This document shows, one piece after another, positions 1 through 11,800 of a DNA stretch of 64,000 nucleotides. The DNA is from Octopus bimaculoides (lineage: Eukaryota): the NCBI RefSeq assembly GCF_001194135.2, contig NC_068984.1, positions 130,354,794-130,418,793 of the forward strand, read 5' to 3'. Below the pieces are notes generated by a model. The model saw nothing but the letters and a program-made list of their open reading frames with translations. It was not told the DNA's origin and ran no database searches. Positions within the stretch are counted from its first letter, which is position 1, and each line of letters begins with the position of its first letter. A program made the position numbers and the translations under genes.

Positions 1-44
<44 letters not shown>

Positions 45-216
45 TATCCAAGAAAGTTAGGGGTTGTGAATCCAACCCGCTAAGGGATAATATCTATCCA
101 ATATACTGCTGGAAGAATACCCAATTATTATTACACTAGTGTTTTTTCATTGCTTGACAATTACATTTTCAAGTGCAATAAATGGGTGAGGGTAAAAAGT
201 TATTTTACCATTAATT

Positions 217-385
217 TATATAGCAATAAGAAAATGGTGGGCATTAATAGGTGGTATTCATCAACTTATAGACATTATATTATGTCAATTTACTTAGTAA
301 ATAAACAAGTAAATTGACATAATATAATGTCTATAAATTGATGAATACCACCTATTAATCCCCTCCATTTTCTTATTGCTATATA
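217..385. repeat. Near-perfect fold-back: 79-bp arms (217-295 / 307-385), 11-nt loop
   Basis: Direct reverse-complement comparison gives 3 mismatches in 79 bp. Confidence 0.9.
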
Positions 386-398
386 TATAATATATATA

Positions 399-446
<48 letters not shown>

Positions 447-646
447 CAGTATTCCTAGACTGGGTGGTGGCGTGTCCTTGAGCAAAATACATCATTTCAC
501 ATTGCTCCAGTCCACTCAGCTGTAAATGTGTAACCCTGAAATGGAGTACCCTTCTGAGTACCCAGTGGGGTGGAATCATTTGAAAGCTAAAACAATGGAA
601 AGTGCATTGTGACCAGCAATGTATAATGACATCTGATTGTCTAGTT

Positions 647-940
647 CAGTGGCTCCCAAACTTTTTTGGGCTGCTGCCCCCTTGGTTCTTAAGCCACATT
701 CCTAGTGTGCCCACCTCAACTCACCTTCACAGACATAAACCATTTTCTGCAGCAAATTCAAAACAATAGTATTTCACAAATGAAACTTAACCTAATTAGC
801 GCTTTATTTTATTTGTTTTTTTTTTAATATCCATTGCCTTGTTTCGGTCACCCTATTATCACCCCATTTTTCTTCAACGCACCCCTGGATCTTTCCACTG
901 CCCCCCAGGGCGACGGCACCGCCCACTTTGGGAACCACTG
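647..940. mobile_element. hAT-type MITE nested in a SINE
   Basis: TIRs CAGTGGCTCCCAAA / TTTGGGAACCACTG and a perfect 8-bp TSD GTCTAGTT (639-646, 941-948). An 8-bp TSD with CAG termini is typical of hAT elements. Confidence 0.88.
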
Positions 941-968
941 GTCTAGTTGATATCATGATATACATATA

Positions 969-1870
969 TAAGGTCATCCCATAAATAATGCAGTTTTTTC
1001 ATACTTCTTTTATTTTTCAAAATTAAGATAAACAAAGTTCTTTTTTAATCTAAAATATACTCTCCTTCATTTTCTACAATGCTCTTCCATCTATCTGGTA
1101 GACTTGCAAGGCTCCTCTTCCAAAATTCACTTGTCCAGGATGAAAAATACTTCTCCAGTATTGTTCTGACCTTGTCTACAGAATTCCTATTTTTTTCTGT
1201 CCAAATGATTTTGAAAACTGCAGAATAAATGATAATGAGATAGGGCAATGTCTGGCAAATATAGTGGGTGGAGCATCGTTTCCTATTCAAACTGCTTCAG
1301 CTTTTGGAATGTCATCCTCGCTGTATGTGGCTAAGCATTATCCTGATGGAAGAACACCTTTTGTCTTGAAACCAAAGATGGTCGTTTTTCTTCTAGCATT
1401 GACTTAAGCTGCTCAAGCAGCTCACAGTAGATCTCCTTTGTTATTGTTTGGTTTGGGCTTAAAAGTTCCAAGCGGACAAAACTTTTCATATTCCACTAAA
1501 CAGATAACAATACCTTACATGGGGGAAGACCTTCTTTAGCCTGGAGTGCTGATGGTTCTCCTTTCCCTACCTACTGTCTTTGGTGCTTGACATTTTTATA
1601 AAGAACCCATTTCTCATCCCCAGTCACTATTCAGTCCATAAAGGTTCATTCGTGAGACGTGACAGCAAAGAAGAGCACACATTCACTCTCTGCACACGAT
1701 TAGACTCAAAAGGTTTGTGAGGAACCCATTGACCCAATTTGCTGACTCTTCTGATGGCATGCAGGTATTGATGAGTGGTTGAATGACCAAATCCAAGCTC
1801 CTCTGCTAGTTCCTCAATAGTTATGATGGGATTTTGTTCCACCAGGATTTGCCACCATCTCCATCCTGCA
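969..1870 (-). mobile_element. Degenerate mariner (D,D34D-type) transposase remnant, 5'-truncated
   Basis: Minus-strand motifs WVPHK (about 1720), GDEKW (about 1620), HQDNA*PH (about 1340), HPLYLPDIALSHYHLF (about 1250) and C-terminal LPDRWKSIVENEGEYILD*. Contains stops and frameshifts. TA-flanked terminus TAAGGTCATCCC at 969. Confidence 0.88.
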
Positions 1871-1904
1871 GTCTCCCACTCTCTCTCTCTCTCCTTCTCC
1901 TGCA

Positions 1905-2420
1905 CTTCCCTCAGGTTGGGAAACCATGTATTTTCCTTGCAGTAGCATACCTGTTTCTGTCTTCATTACTGATCTTTCTCTCTCTTTAGTCAAGTAACCT
2001 TGTACTTCCTCTTCAGCAAGACACCTACATCTATCTCACTATAACCTTTTCATCATCACCTCCTGCAATACTCCTCCCCTCTTAAAAGTTTTTGTCTTGC
2101 AAGTACTTGGTGACCCTGTCTGTGCAGGTGCCACTTAAAAGCACCCAGTCCACACTGTAAAGTGGCTGGTGTTCAGAAGGGCATCCAGCTGTAAAAACCT
2201 TACCAAAACTGAAGTTGCCTGTGCTTGTGCCATATAAAAAGCACTAAGTCCACTCTGCTGAGTGGTTGGTCTTAGGAAGGGCATCCAGCTGTAAAAGTCC
2301 TGCCAAAACAGTCACAGAAGTCTGGTGCAGGCTTCAGCCTGGCTGGCTCTTGTGGTACTGTCCCACCCATACTAGCATGGAACACAGATGTTAAATGATG
2401 ATGATGGTGATGATGACGAC
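1905..2420 (+). mobile_element. RTE LINE 3' UTR-derived fragment with (GAT)n tail
   Basis: Contains AGGGCATCCAGCTGT motifs and the ...CTAGCATGGAACACAGATGTTAAATGATGATG tail shared with the RTE copies at 18620-19385 and 22660-23771. Confidence 0.6.
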
Positions 2421-2825
2421 AATATATATATATATATACATATATGCATACATGTATGTGGAGGTATGTGGTTTAGTGGTTAGGTTCTTAGACTCATGAT
2501 CACTAGATTGTGGTTTCGATTCCCAGGCCGGGAAATGCATTATGTTCTTGAGTAAAATGCTTCATTTTACATTGCTAACAAATATGATGAGGTTGTAAGA
2601 GGCATGGCAAGTCGGTGGTAGATAGTGGACCTTCCTAAAAAACAAACAGAAAGGAACTTTAAGGTTACTGGGTCATAGGCCTACTCTGGTGTTAGTCATT
2701 TTTGACACATACACATGATTATTGTATAAATATATCATCATTATTTAATGTCCATGCTCTATGCTGTCATGAGTAGACAGTTTAATAGGACTTGGTAGGT
2801 CCCAGGATTGCATCATACTATAGAT

Positions 2826-3147
2826 CAGGGGTTCTCAGTCATTTTTTATTTAGGGACCCCCTTAATTAGTATTTTATTCTGGTGGGCCCCCATAGCCATT
2901 TGTTGTTTAAAATCAAGTTATATAGAAACTTCTTTCGAAAATCCTATTTTGTTTTTCACAAATTAACTTGTGTAAGTTAAACTATGTAAAATGTTAGAGA
3001 AAGAAACCTAGCTGTTTCTTGCAAATTTTTTTTCAGGGGCTCTTAAAATACTATTGTAGATCCCTAATTTACTATTTTGTTTTGTGAACTCCCCAAAATC
3101 TTATATGGAACCTCAGGGTCCATATGGACCCTGGTAAAGAACAGCTG
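2826..3147. mobile_element. hAT-type MITE (same family as 11801-12148)
   Basis: Starts CAGGGGTTCTCA and ends AGAACAGCTG. Imperfect 8-bp TSD CTATAGAT/CTATATAA. The internal sequence aligns to 11801-12148. Confidence 0.7.
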
Positions 3148-3631
3148 CTATATAATCTGCTTAGGCATGATTTCTATAGCTGGATGTCCTGCCTGATGCC
3201 AACCACTTTATGGCATGTACCGGGTGCTTTTTTTCAGGCCACCAGCACTAGTGAATTTGTTGTTCAACTTGCAAGACTACAGTCGCTGAGAAGGTGGTTT
3301 TATGCTAAGAGGAGAGGGGATAAAAGTATAAGAAGGGGGTCAGGGCAGAACAGGATTTTGGAGATTGGAGAGGAGGTACATGACTTCTCATGTTTTAGAA
3401 AATAGGGTGGGAACGATCAAGTGGAACTAGAAAGAGATCGAAATAGTGGTGATAAGGTGCCTGGGTGGACATTCAGGGTATGAGGTGTGTAGATATGAGT
3501 AGGACAGAGGAAGCAGGATTGTTTGGAGAATGAATGAGAGGAGGGTAGGTAAGCAACAACTACAGAAACTGGGTAAGGTTGAAGGAGGAATATAGGGACT
3601 GGTGAATAAGGGACCAATGATAGATAGGTCC

Positions 3632-4140
3632 AGGTGTGGTTGTGAGCTCTGTGGTAAAAAGTTTGCTTCCCAACCACATGGTTCTGGGTTCAGTCCCACT
3701 GCGTGACACCTTGGGCAAGCGTCTTCTACTATAGCCTCGGGTCAACCAAAGCCTTGCGAGTGGATTTGGCAATGAAAATTGAAAGAAGCCTGTTGTATGT
3801 ATATATTATTTATNNNNNNNNNNNNNNNNNNNNTATATATATATATATATATACATATATACATATATATATATATATATGTATATATATATGTATATAT
3901 ATATGTATGTATGTATTTTATATATGTATGCGTTTGTCCCCCTCTGGTACTTGACAACCGGCATTAGTGTGTTTACGTCCCCATAAGTTAGCGGTTCGGC
4001 AAAAGATACCGATAGAATAAGTATCACAGGCTTAAAATGAAAATAAGTGCTGGAGTCAATTAGTTCGACCAAACGAAATTAAAAAAAAAACAATTCAAGA
4101 CGGTGCCCCAGCATGGCTGCAGTCAAATGACTGACACACG
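3632..4140 (+). mobile_element. tRNA-derived SINE (octopod type), full-length, with internal (AT)n expansion
   Basis: tRNA-like head (GTGGTAAAAAGTTTGCTTCCCAACCACATGG..GGGTTCAGTCCC), CTTGGGCAAG core, and 3' tail GGTGCCCCAGCATGGCTGCAG. Related partial copies lie near 2455, 13050(-), 14550, 33300, 36370-36690(-), 38450, 53990-54120(-), 56720-57030(-), 57520 and 61640. Confidence 0.7.
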
Positions 4141-4439
4141 TAAAACACACACACACATATTTATATACCACACACACATACATGTTTATACATATATATA
4201 TTATATACATCCACATATATTGTATGCACATTCAGACACACTCACACACACATATATATACATACATACACATATACATAAATATGTGCATGTGTGTGTC
4301 CCTAACGAGATACCTTACGTGAACGACACATTTATATATTTAGTCAACCTCAATTATTAAAGATATGGGTGTTCTGACATTCGATAAAGAGGAGAAACGA
4401 AATAAAGGAAATAAATTTGATCAGGTCAGCCAAATTTTG

Positions 4440-5035
4440 GTTAGAGAGGAAAGAGAAAAAGGAAATATAACTGAGAGCATGGTAGATAGATATATAGAGT
4501 AATTATGGTGGGAGAAGGTTCGAAACAAAGAAAGTGTGAGAAATGTTAGAGAAAGAACAAAGAAAATAGAGAGAGAGAATGAGGGAGGGAGAGAGAGAAA
4601 GAGAGAAAGAGCAAAGAAAGGGAGGACGAAGTGGAGGAGGAAAAGCGAAAGGAAAAAAAAGGAGGAAGAGTAAGAGTGAAAGACACAAAACATAAAGGGG
4701 GGAAACAGAGAGAGTGAGGGAGGGAGTGATAGGAGGGATATAAAGAAAATAACAGCGAGAAAAAAGATATATAGAGAAAATAGAGGGAGAGAAAAAATAA
4801 AAGGGGTCGAAAATATGAAATAATGAGAAAGGGAGCCTGAAAGAAAAGAGCAAGTGAAATGTGAGAGTAATAAAAAAGGAGGGAAAATTTCATAAAGAAA
4901 AAAATAAATAAAGGCAAAAACAGGAGATGGTGTAAAAAGAGAGAGGGAAATTTTATAGAAAGAAAAATGAGAAAGAGTATTGAAGCGATTTCTTTTTTTT
5001 TCAATTTAAGAAGGAGAGAGAGAGAGCGAGATTAG
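4440..5035. repeat. GA-rich low-complexity tract
   Basis: Almost purely purine on the + strand. It produces the spurious F/L/S-rich minus-strand ORFs in the track. Confidence 0.85.
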
Positions 5036-5829
5036 AGCAGCTCTGTCTTCTGTCGTCTCCATTAACAACATCAACAGCAATAATGAAAGATCTTATGGAA
5101 GAGACAAGGAAGTACGGCCAGCGGTTGAAAGGGAGAGAAATTTGCGAGACAAAATTATTTAAGATGGATTGAATATTTTTTATTTAAAAAAAAAAAAGAA
5201 AGATAACTTCGAAAAAGTGAATCCTTAAAAATACCAAAAAAAAAAATTATGAAAAAGAAAAATATAAGGAGTTCAACGATGGGCGTTAATAGAAGAGATT
5301 AGAAATTAATCTAAACTCAAGCGGAGGATATAAGGGACATATACCATTATTGGAGTACACACTCATTCTCACATACACATATCTATTTGTCTATTTCCCT
5401 CACTCACATTCTCTTTCTTTCTCTGTGTGTGTGTATGTATATATATATATATAAATATATATATACATACACACACATATATCATTGTATCTACTTGGGT
5501 CTTATTTTTTTCACACTTACAAAATTATTGTTATCAAATTGTTCCTAAATAAATTAATCGTTACTAATTATAAAGTTCGAAAATCGATCTTTTGAGACAC
5601 CAAAAAAAAAATTAAGTTCGGCTTAAATAAACTAATAAATAACACAAATAAAAACAAAAAGCTACAAAAATACACCCCTTCCCCCTCTGCAAGCCAGACG
5701 AAACGAAACCTCACAATAATAAAAAAAAAAACAACAAAACCACACTAAAGTAACTGAAGCAGCCCGACTGCAGCAAGTTTGAGTTTTTTTTATGTCTGAT
5801 AAATTTAGTTGAAGTTTAGAGAAGACATG

Positions 5830-6118
5830 CTGGATGTGTGATAGATATTTATATATATTTTTCGAGAGGCAGAATTTGTTTGCCAAATTTTCCAGTGAAA
5901 AAGCCGAACGTTGCCGAAGGACGAATGACGTCACGTGTGAAGAGAGGAGGAAGACAGCAGGTCCGAGAAATGGCGACTCCATGATATATGTGTCGTATCA
6001 GGGGGTGACTTTTCCGAGCCCTTTACTGCGATTTTTTGGGGGAAAGTACTATTGTCGGAAGTCTTTACAGCTACATAAATAATCACTTGTTGTAACTTAT
6101 CACAAGGAATTGTCGAAA
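5830..6118 (+). promoter_or_regulatory. Putative MTA promoter / 5' UTR
   Basis: Locally CpG-rich island directly upstream of exon 1. Perfect CRE/ATF palindrome TGACGTCA 5926-5933 overlaps E-box CACGTG 5932-5937. YY1-like AAATGGCG at 5968 and AAAATGGCGGC at 6116. The TSS cannot be determined from sequence. Confidence 0.55.
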
Positions 6119-6146
6119 ATGGCGGCAAATATGTACCGGGTAGGAG
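6119..6146 (+). CDS. MTA1: MTA-family gene, coding exon 1 (MAANMYRVG, phase 1 end)
   Basis: ATG at 6119 in the context GAAAATGG. Translates MAANMYRVG, the invariant MTA1/2/3 N-terminus. Donor G|GTACGT at 6147. The invertebrate gene is probably the single pro-ortholog of MTA1/2/3. Confidence 0.95.
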
Positions 6147-6549
6147 GTACGTATCGATTTTACCGTGCTTATATGTGTATTCATGTATATTTATATCACT
6201 GATGGACTGAACCCGCCACCTCCGCACTGGTAGCGGCCTCATATATATATATATTTATTCTTATTTCTCTCTTGCTTGTCTCTTATTTTTTTTTTGCTCA
6301 ATCTGTCTATCTTGTTTGTTTTAAAAAAAAAAACCTTACGAGATGTTTGATTATGTTTTCATTTCGGATTTGCTTTTAGAAATTGGTATTCGAAGTGCTT
6401 TAAGGAAATATTGCATGTATCTTTAAACCAATTATATACAAAATTTTACTTAAAAAGGGGGGAAGAAAGTTTTGTTAAAAGTTCTCAGCGCCCCTGGGTT
6501 TACACACGAGATTGGAACAAGAGGACAGAAAAAAAAGATACCCCAAAAT

Positions 6550-6733
6550 CCCCTAATGTCTCTCTTTAATACTTCTCTTCTTCCTATCTTTCTTTCACTC
6601 TGTCTCCATGTTTTTCTCTTACTCCCTCATTCTCTCTCTCGATCTCTTCCATTTCTCTGTCTTTCTCCTATTCATCTAATTCTTTCACCATGTCTCCTTT
6701 ACTATTTCCCATTTTTCTTTTATCTACCTCACC

Positions 6734-6769
<36 letters not shown>

Positions 6770-6822
6770 NNNNNNNNNNNNNNNNNNNNNNNNNNNNNNN
6801 NNNNNNNNNNNNNNNNNNNNNN

Positions 6823-6855
<33 letters not shown>

Positions 6856-7030
6856 TCTGTATATCTCTCTCACCCTCTCTCCCTTTCTCTTTCACTCTGC
6901 CTTATTGTCTCTCTCTTTCACCCTTCTCCTTTGACCGGGGCCATGTTTCTTTTTCACATTTCGTTTCTTTCTTGTCTTTTACTCTTTATTATTTTTCATT
7001 CCTCTCTTTCTCTCTCTCACTTTTCTTACC
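6550..7030. repeat. CT-rich low-complexity tract with (AT)n in MTA intron 1
   Basis: Pyrimidine-rich on the + strand and interrupted by an N gap. Confidence 0.8.
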
Positions 7031-7745
7031 TTCTTCCCCACCGTCACTATCATCATGATCATTATTATTATTATTAATATCATCATTTGTTTACTCTGAT
7101 GTTATAATTTGATTTATTGTTTATTAATTTAATGAGGTTAAACGAAATGAAATAAAGTACACACACGCACAATCGCACATACACAAGAGACATTACACAC
7201 AGCCAGATACACACACATACGGACATACGCACACACACTTACGTATATACACTTAGAATATAGAATAAAATAAGAAAAAATCACCATGAAACGTTATGTC
7301 GGTGGATCGGAACTATTTCTCAGCGTTTCTATCACCGAACTCTTGTCTAACCTGAACATCTATGTATATGTGTGTATATATAAATTTATGTATATACATC
7401 CACAGGAACATACATGAATATGCATACCTGTCTATCGATTTTATATATGTGTGTGTATATATATATATATATATATGTATACACACATGCACACACACGC
7501 AGATGCTCGTGCTGGCTGGCCTAGGAGATAAGTAAGATCTATACGTGTGTATGGGTTCGAATCGTCGTGGGAGCTCAGAAGCATCTCGCTGTGTATAATG
7601 TTACCATATTAAAATATATATGTACATAGACGTATAAAAAATTATTTTGATGTAATAGTTTTGCACTTAAACTGTACATGTGTGTTCTAATGTGTTATAT
7701 ATATAATATATATGTGCTCGTTATATACCCATGTGCGTACTTTGA

Positions 7746-7804
<59 letters not shown>

Positions 7805-8017
7805 TGGAAAGATTATTTTAGAGTTTAGATATGTTGTATATCGCTTGTTATATAATATCACTATATATATATAAATATCTTAATTTACAGCCATGCTCTT
7901 GTAATTACGTGTGTATATTTTCAACAGACATAAATATATATTTGTATATGTATTATCCGTGCTGTTTATTTTTAATGCTATATTGTTATTAAAATTATTT
8001 CTCTTTCCAAATTTCAG

Positions 8018-8085
8018 ACTATGTATATTTTGAGACTTCCTCGACTACCCCATATCAAATCCGGCGTATCGAGGAGCTTAATAAG
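8018..8085 (+). CDS. MTA1: MTA exon 2 (BAH domain: [23 protein letters not shown])
   Basis: Acceptor TTTCAG| at 8017, donor AAG|GTAGG at 8086, 68 nt, phase 1 to 0. Matches the MTA motif [23 protein letters not shown]. Confidence 0.96.
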
Positions 8086-8673
8086 GTAGGAATAATTTAT
8101 ATCTGTGTGTGTATGTGCTTATATCTAAGCAAACATACACACACACGCTTTATATACAATTTTGAGAATCTTTTGTCTTGTATCCGCCCCTGCACAATCT
8201 GTCCCTCCCTTCTCTCTCTTCAATATATATATATATGTACGTGTGTGTGTGTATACATGTATAAATGCATGTATACACTCACATATATGTGCACACACAC
8301 ACACATATACACGTCTCAGCTGAGAAACCAAATCTCGCTGCAAACGCCATTATTATCTCCACTTGTGTGAAAAAAGTGACCACAAGTGAATTGAACCCTC
8401 TTACCTGTGATTTAAAATTTAAAATAAAATTATTTCGTATTTTCCATTTCTTTATTGGTTAAGTGTTTTTTTGTTTTTTTTTTGTCTGTGTGTCCGTTTA
8501 CGCTCTATTAGTGTACGTATTTAAAGGCGGATCAAATCTATCTGCGATCCGGTTTCGATTCCCGCTTGTACTATTTTATTTGGCTTATGGCGCAGTAAAA
8601 CCTTTTCATGTGGCATGAATGCCTCCCCTTTCTGCCTCCCTTTCCCGCAAAACTTATAAATACAGAAACACTC

Positions 8674-8716
<43 letters not shown>

Positions 8717-10401
8717 CTTATTTTGTGTGTGTGTGTTTGTAGCTTTAACACTGTCTCACCCTCACACGCATAAACTCCTCTCTCTCTCTCTAACAATGCG
8801 TTCCACTTAGGCTGGAGTTATATTTTATCATGTTGGTTTAAAATTCAACNNNNNNNNNNNNNNNNNNNNNNNNNNNNNNNNNNNNNNNNNNNNNNNNNNN
8901 NNNNNNNNNNNNNNNNNNNNNNNNNNNNNNNNNNNNNNNNNNNNNNNNNNNNNNNNNNNNNNNNNNNNNNNNNNNNNNNNNNNNNNNNNNNNNNNNNNNN
9001 NNNNNNNNNNNNNNNNNNNNNNNNNNNNNNNNNNNNNNNNNNNNNNNNNNNNNNNNNNNNNNNNNNNNNNNNNNNNNNNNNNNNNNNNNNNNNNNNNNNN
9101 NNNNNNNNNNNNNNNNNNNNNNNNNNNNNNNNNNNNNNNNNNNNNNNNNNNNNNNNNNNNNNNNNNNNNNNNNNNNNNNNNNNNNNNNNNNNNNNNNNNN
9201 NNNNNNNNNNNNNNNNNNNNNNNNNNNNNNNNNNNNNNNNNNNNNNNNNNNNNAACATGGATTGAATGAGCATTGGAAAGGGGATAAATCGTACAGGATT
9301 CTGTACAAACCCCACCCCTCGGTATACATATATATATGTATATGAAAAAGCAAACCCAGATCCTTGTGCTTAAAGTCAAAGCCATAATTTCATTGGTCGT
9401 TTCTCGGGTAAATCGAGTCTGCGATCCGGTTTCGATGCCTGTCTGGAAATATTTCACTTTTCATTAATTTACTGTGAAATATCAGTCTTTTGGAAAGGCA
9501 CGAGTTTCAAAACTCTCCACTCCTAAAAAACATCAGGTCTTTTTTTTTTTTTTTTCACATAGTCTGTTTGAAGCTAAAACATTTTATTAATCAAATCTAG
9601 GTCTATACGTACACAAATATAAATATATATATATGTATATATATATAATGAGAGAGAGAGAGGGGGGAATTGAGAAGCCGTTGGCGGTTAAGTAATAAAA
9701 TATTTCTCCTTAGGTCCGAAAGGGTGTCTGATATTTCACTGTCCACTATTTTCTTCACTTTAAATCGATTATCCAGTGTGGCTGGTATTTCCTGTCTCTG
9801 CTGACACCACCATCATTTTCTTCCTTCATTGTTGTGATTGTTTCAACTTGTCCAATGGCTGCCATGGCTTCTAAAGAATCCGCTTTCGTCTTCACCTTCC
9901 AACGACGTCTAGTAATATACATACATACATATGTATGTATATGTGTGTGTGTGTTTGTGTTAGCCTTCTCTATGTATGTGTGCTGCTTCTCTCTCCCTCT
10001 CTAACGCTGCCTTTCCTCCCCCCTGATCTCTCAATTTCCTTCTCCCACCCGCTATATCATGTTTGCTCTTATTCACACATACATAATAGCCTTTCATATT
10101 GATACCTCCTCTCAACTCTTTCATTTAACTAAAAAAAAATAAAAATAATATAATAAATAAAAATTATGTCTTTTTTTATCTTTGTTTTTTTCATGCGATC
10201 ATTTAATTATCAAATATTGAAAGAAGAAAAAAAAAACTTGTTTAGAAATTATATTTAAAGTAGATACGTTTGTTTTGTTTTTTAAGTTTTTAAAAAAAAA
10301 CGTTTTGATGAAAAAAGAAATTCAAATTTAGAAAGTTTGATTTCAAAAGTTTTTTTTTTTTTTTGTGTGTGTTTAAAAAAAAAATATTGTTATTATTTTA
10401 G

Positions 10402-10495
10402 ACTCCGAATGGCAATGTCGAGGCTAAAGTTATGTGTTTTTATCGGCGGAGAGATATATCTAGCTCGCTGATTCTTTTGGCGGATAAACATCAAA
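10402..10495 (+). CDS. MTA1: MTA exon 3 (BAH: [31 protein letters not shown])
   Basis: Acceptor TTTTAG|, donor A|GTAAGT at 10496, 94 nt, phase 0 to 1. Matches the MTA motif [23 protein letters not shown]. Confidence 0.96.
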
Positions 10496-11800
10496 GTAAG
10501 TTACTTCTGTCTTTCGTTATCATTGTTGATGCTGGTTGAATTTTGAAAATAAAAACATTAAATATTATATATGGCGGGAGAGAGTCTTCGTTGAATCTGA
10601 CCCGTTTTCAAAATTTTTTTTTTCTTTATACAAACGTTTTCGTTTAATTCGTTGGTACCTATGTGCAAGGCATGAACGTCTCATATTCGCCCTTTTCTGT
10701 ACTTTGTATGTTACCGTTTGTAGTTGTAATAATTTGTTAGAACACTTCTCCGTTTTAAAATTAGGCATAACTTAGACCAGTGCTGTGATGTTTAGACGTT
10801 TTGTTGACTGCTTTGGTCAGAGGAGGAGGAAGAAGACGATGGTGGTGCTGGCTGCGGTGATGTGAATGATGAAGCTGCAGTGAAGTGCAAAATAGTTGAG
10901 GTCTTATTACCCTGACACTGCTGCATAATGGTAGATGTATGTACCCTGACTTCGCTGCTGCTACCGTCGCTATCACGACTGCTACTGCTGCTACGACAAG
11001 CATCTTACCTTCCACTGTCGTCTTACCAACCATTACATACGACTGGTTATTGTTTGCAGCATCACAGCTTGGGGCATGTCTCGAAACAGCCTCGCTGCTA
11101 GGCACTTGGCTCCAGGCTACACTCCTGACTTTTATATCTAGGTTATTGGCACCTGTACCGCCCAACCTGTGCCATGCTGTTGTTAATCAAGTTTAGATTT
11201 AAATTCGTTTCTCACCTATCATTGATTATCGTTCCTTGACTGACATGTTGCTTGCTGCCTCTTTCTCTCTCACCTCTCTGGCGGCATAGCTTGGCCTTGA
11301 CAGTAAGACATGTAAAGAAACTATCATCTGGTGTCTCTAAAAACGATGATAATATCTCCCTGTCTCTCTTTTTCTAGTTTCCCATTTGACCCTCTTTTTC
11401 TGGTCATGCCTCAGTATTTTAGGTTTTCCGAACATCTTAACTAAAAGTATCACAGCTTAAACTTGGGTACCCTAAACATTAAAAAACATTTTAAGTTGCA
11501 ATGAGTATTTTTTTTTTAAACATCTCTAGACTCTTTTTGTCTAAAGAAAATGCTATTATGATGGAGATATTTCGTCATCAGTCAAGTATGAAAAAATACT
11601 GTAATGTTGATAAAATTTCACCTGAGCATTCATTTTTACACCTGACTGATTCTCAAATAAACCTGTACAAACTGAAAATTAGTCAAACAACTGTATTTTA
11701 TTCTCAGCGAATTTTGCTGTTTCTATAAATAATTTCACCTCTTTGCTTTCAGTTTGTAAGTCTAGTTCTCAACTCCATAATGTCACACTAACATTTACCT

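Noticed and set aside
4421-5004. F/L/S-rich hydrophobic ORFs resembling membrane proteins (also 6472-7077)
   Set aside because: Artefacts of GA- or CT-rich low-complexity DNA.
10761-11196. GC-richer stretch with 134-aa and 85-aa ORFs, and a possible 36-nt acidic exon (10821-10856, KEEEEDDGGAGC)
   Set aside because: Degenerate trinucleotide-like low complexity. The acceptor has a poor pyrimidine tract, the donor (CG|GTGATG) is weak, and I recognise no homology.
11290-11302. 13-nt exon-like unit after a strong pyrimidine tract (CATAG|...ACA|GTAAGA)
   Set aside because: Not frame-preserving, contains an immediate in-frame TGA, and has no independent support.
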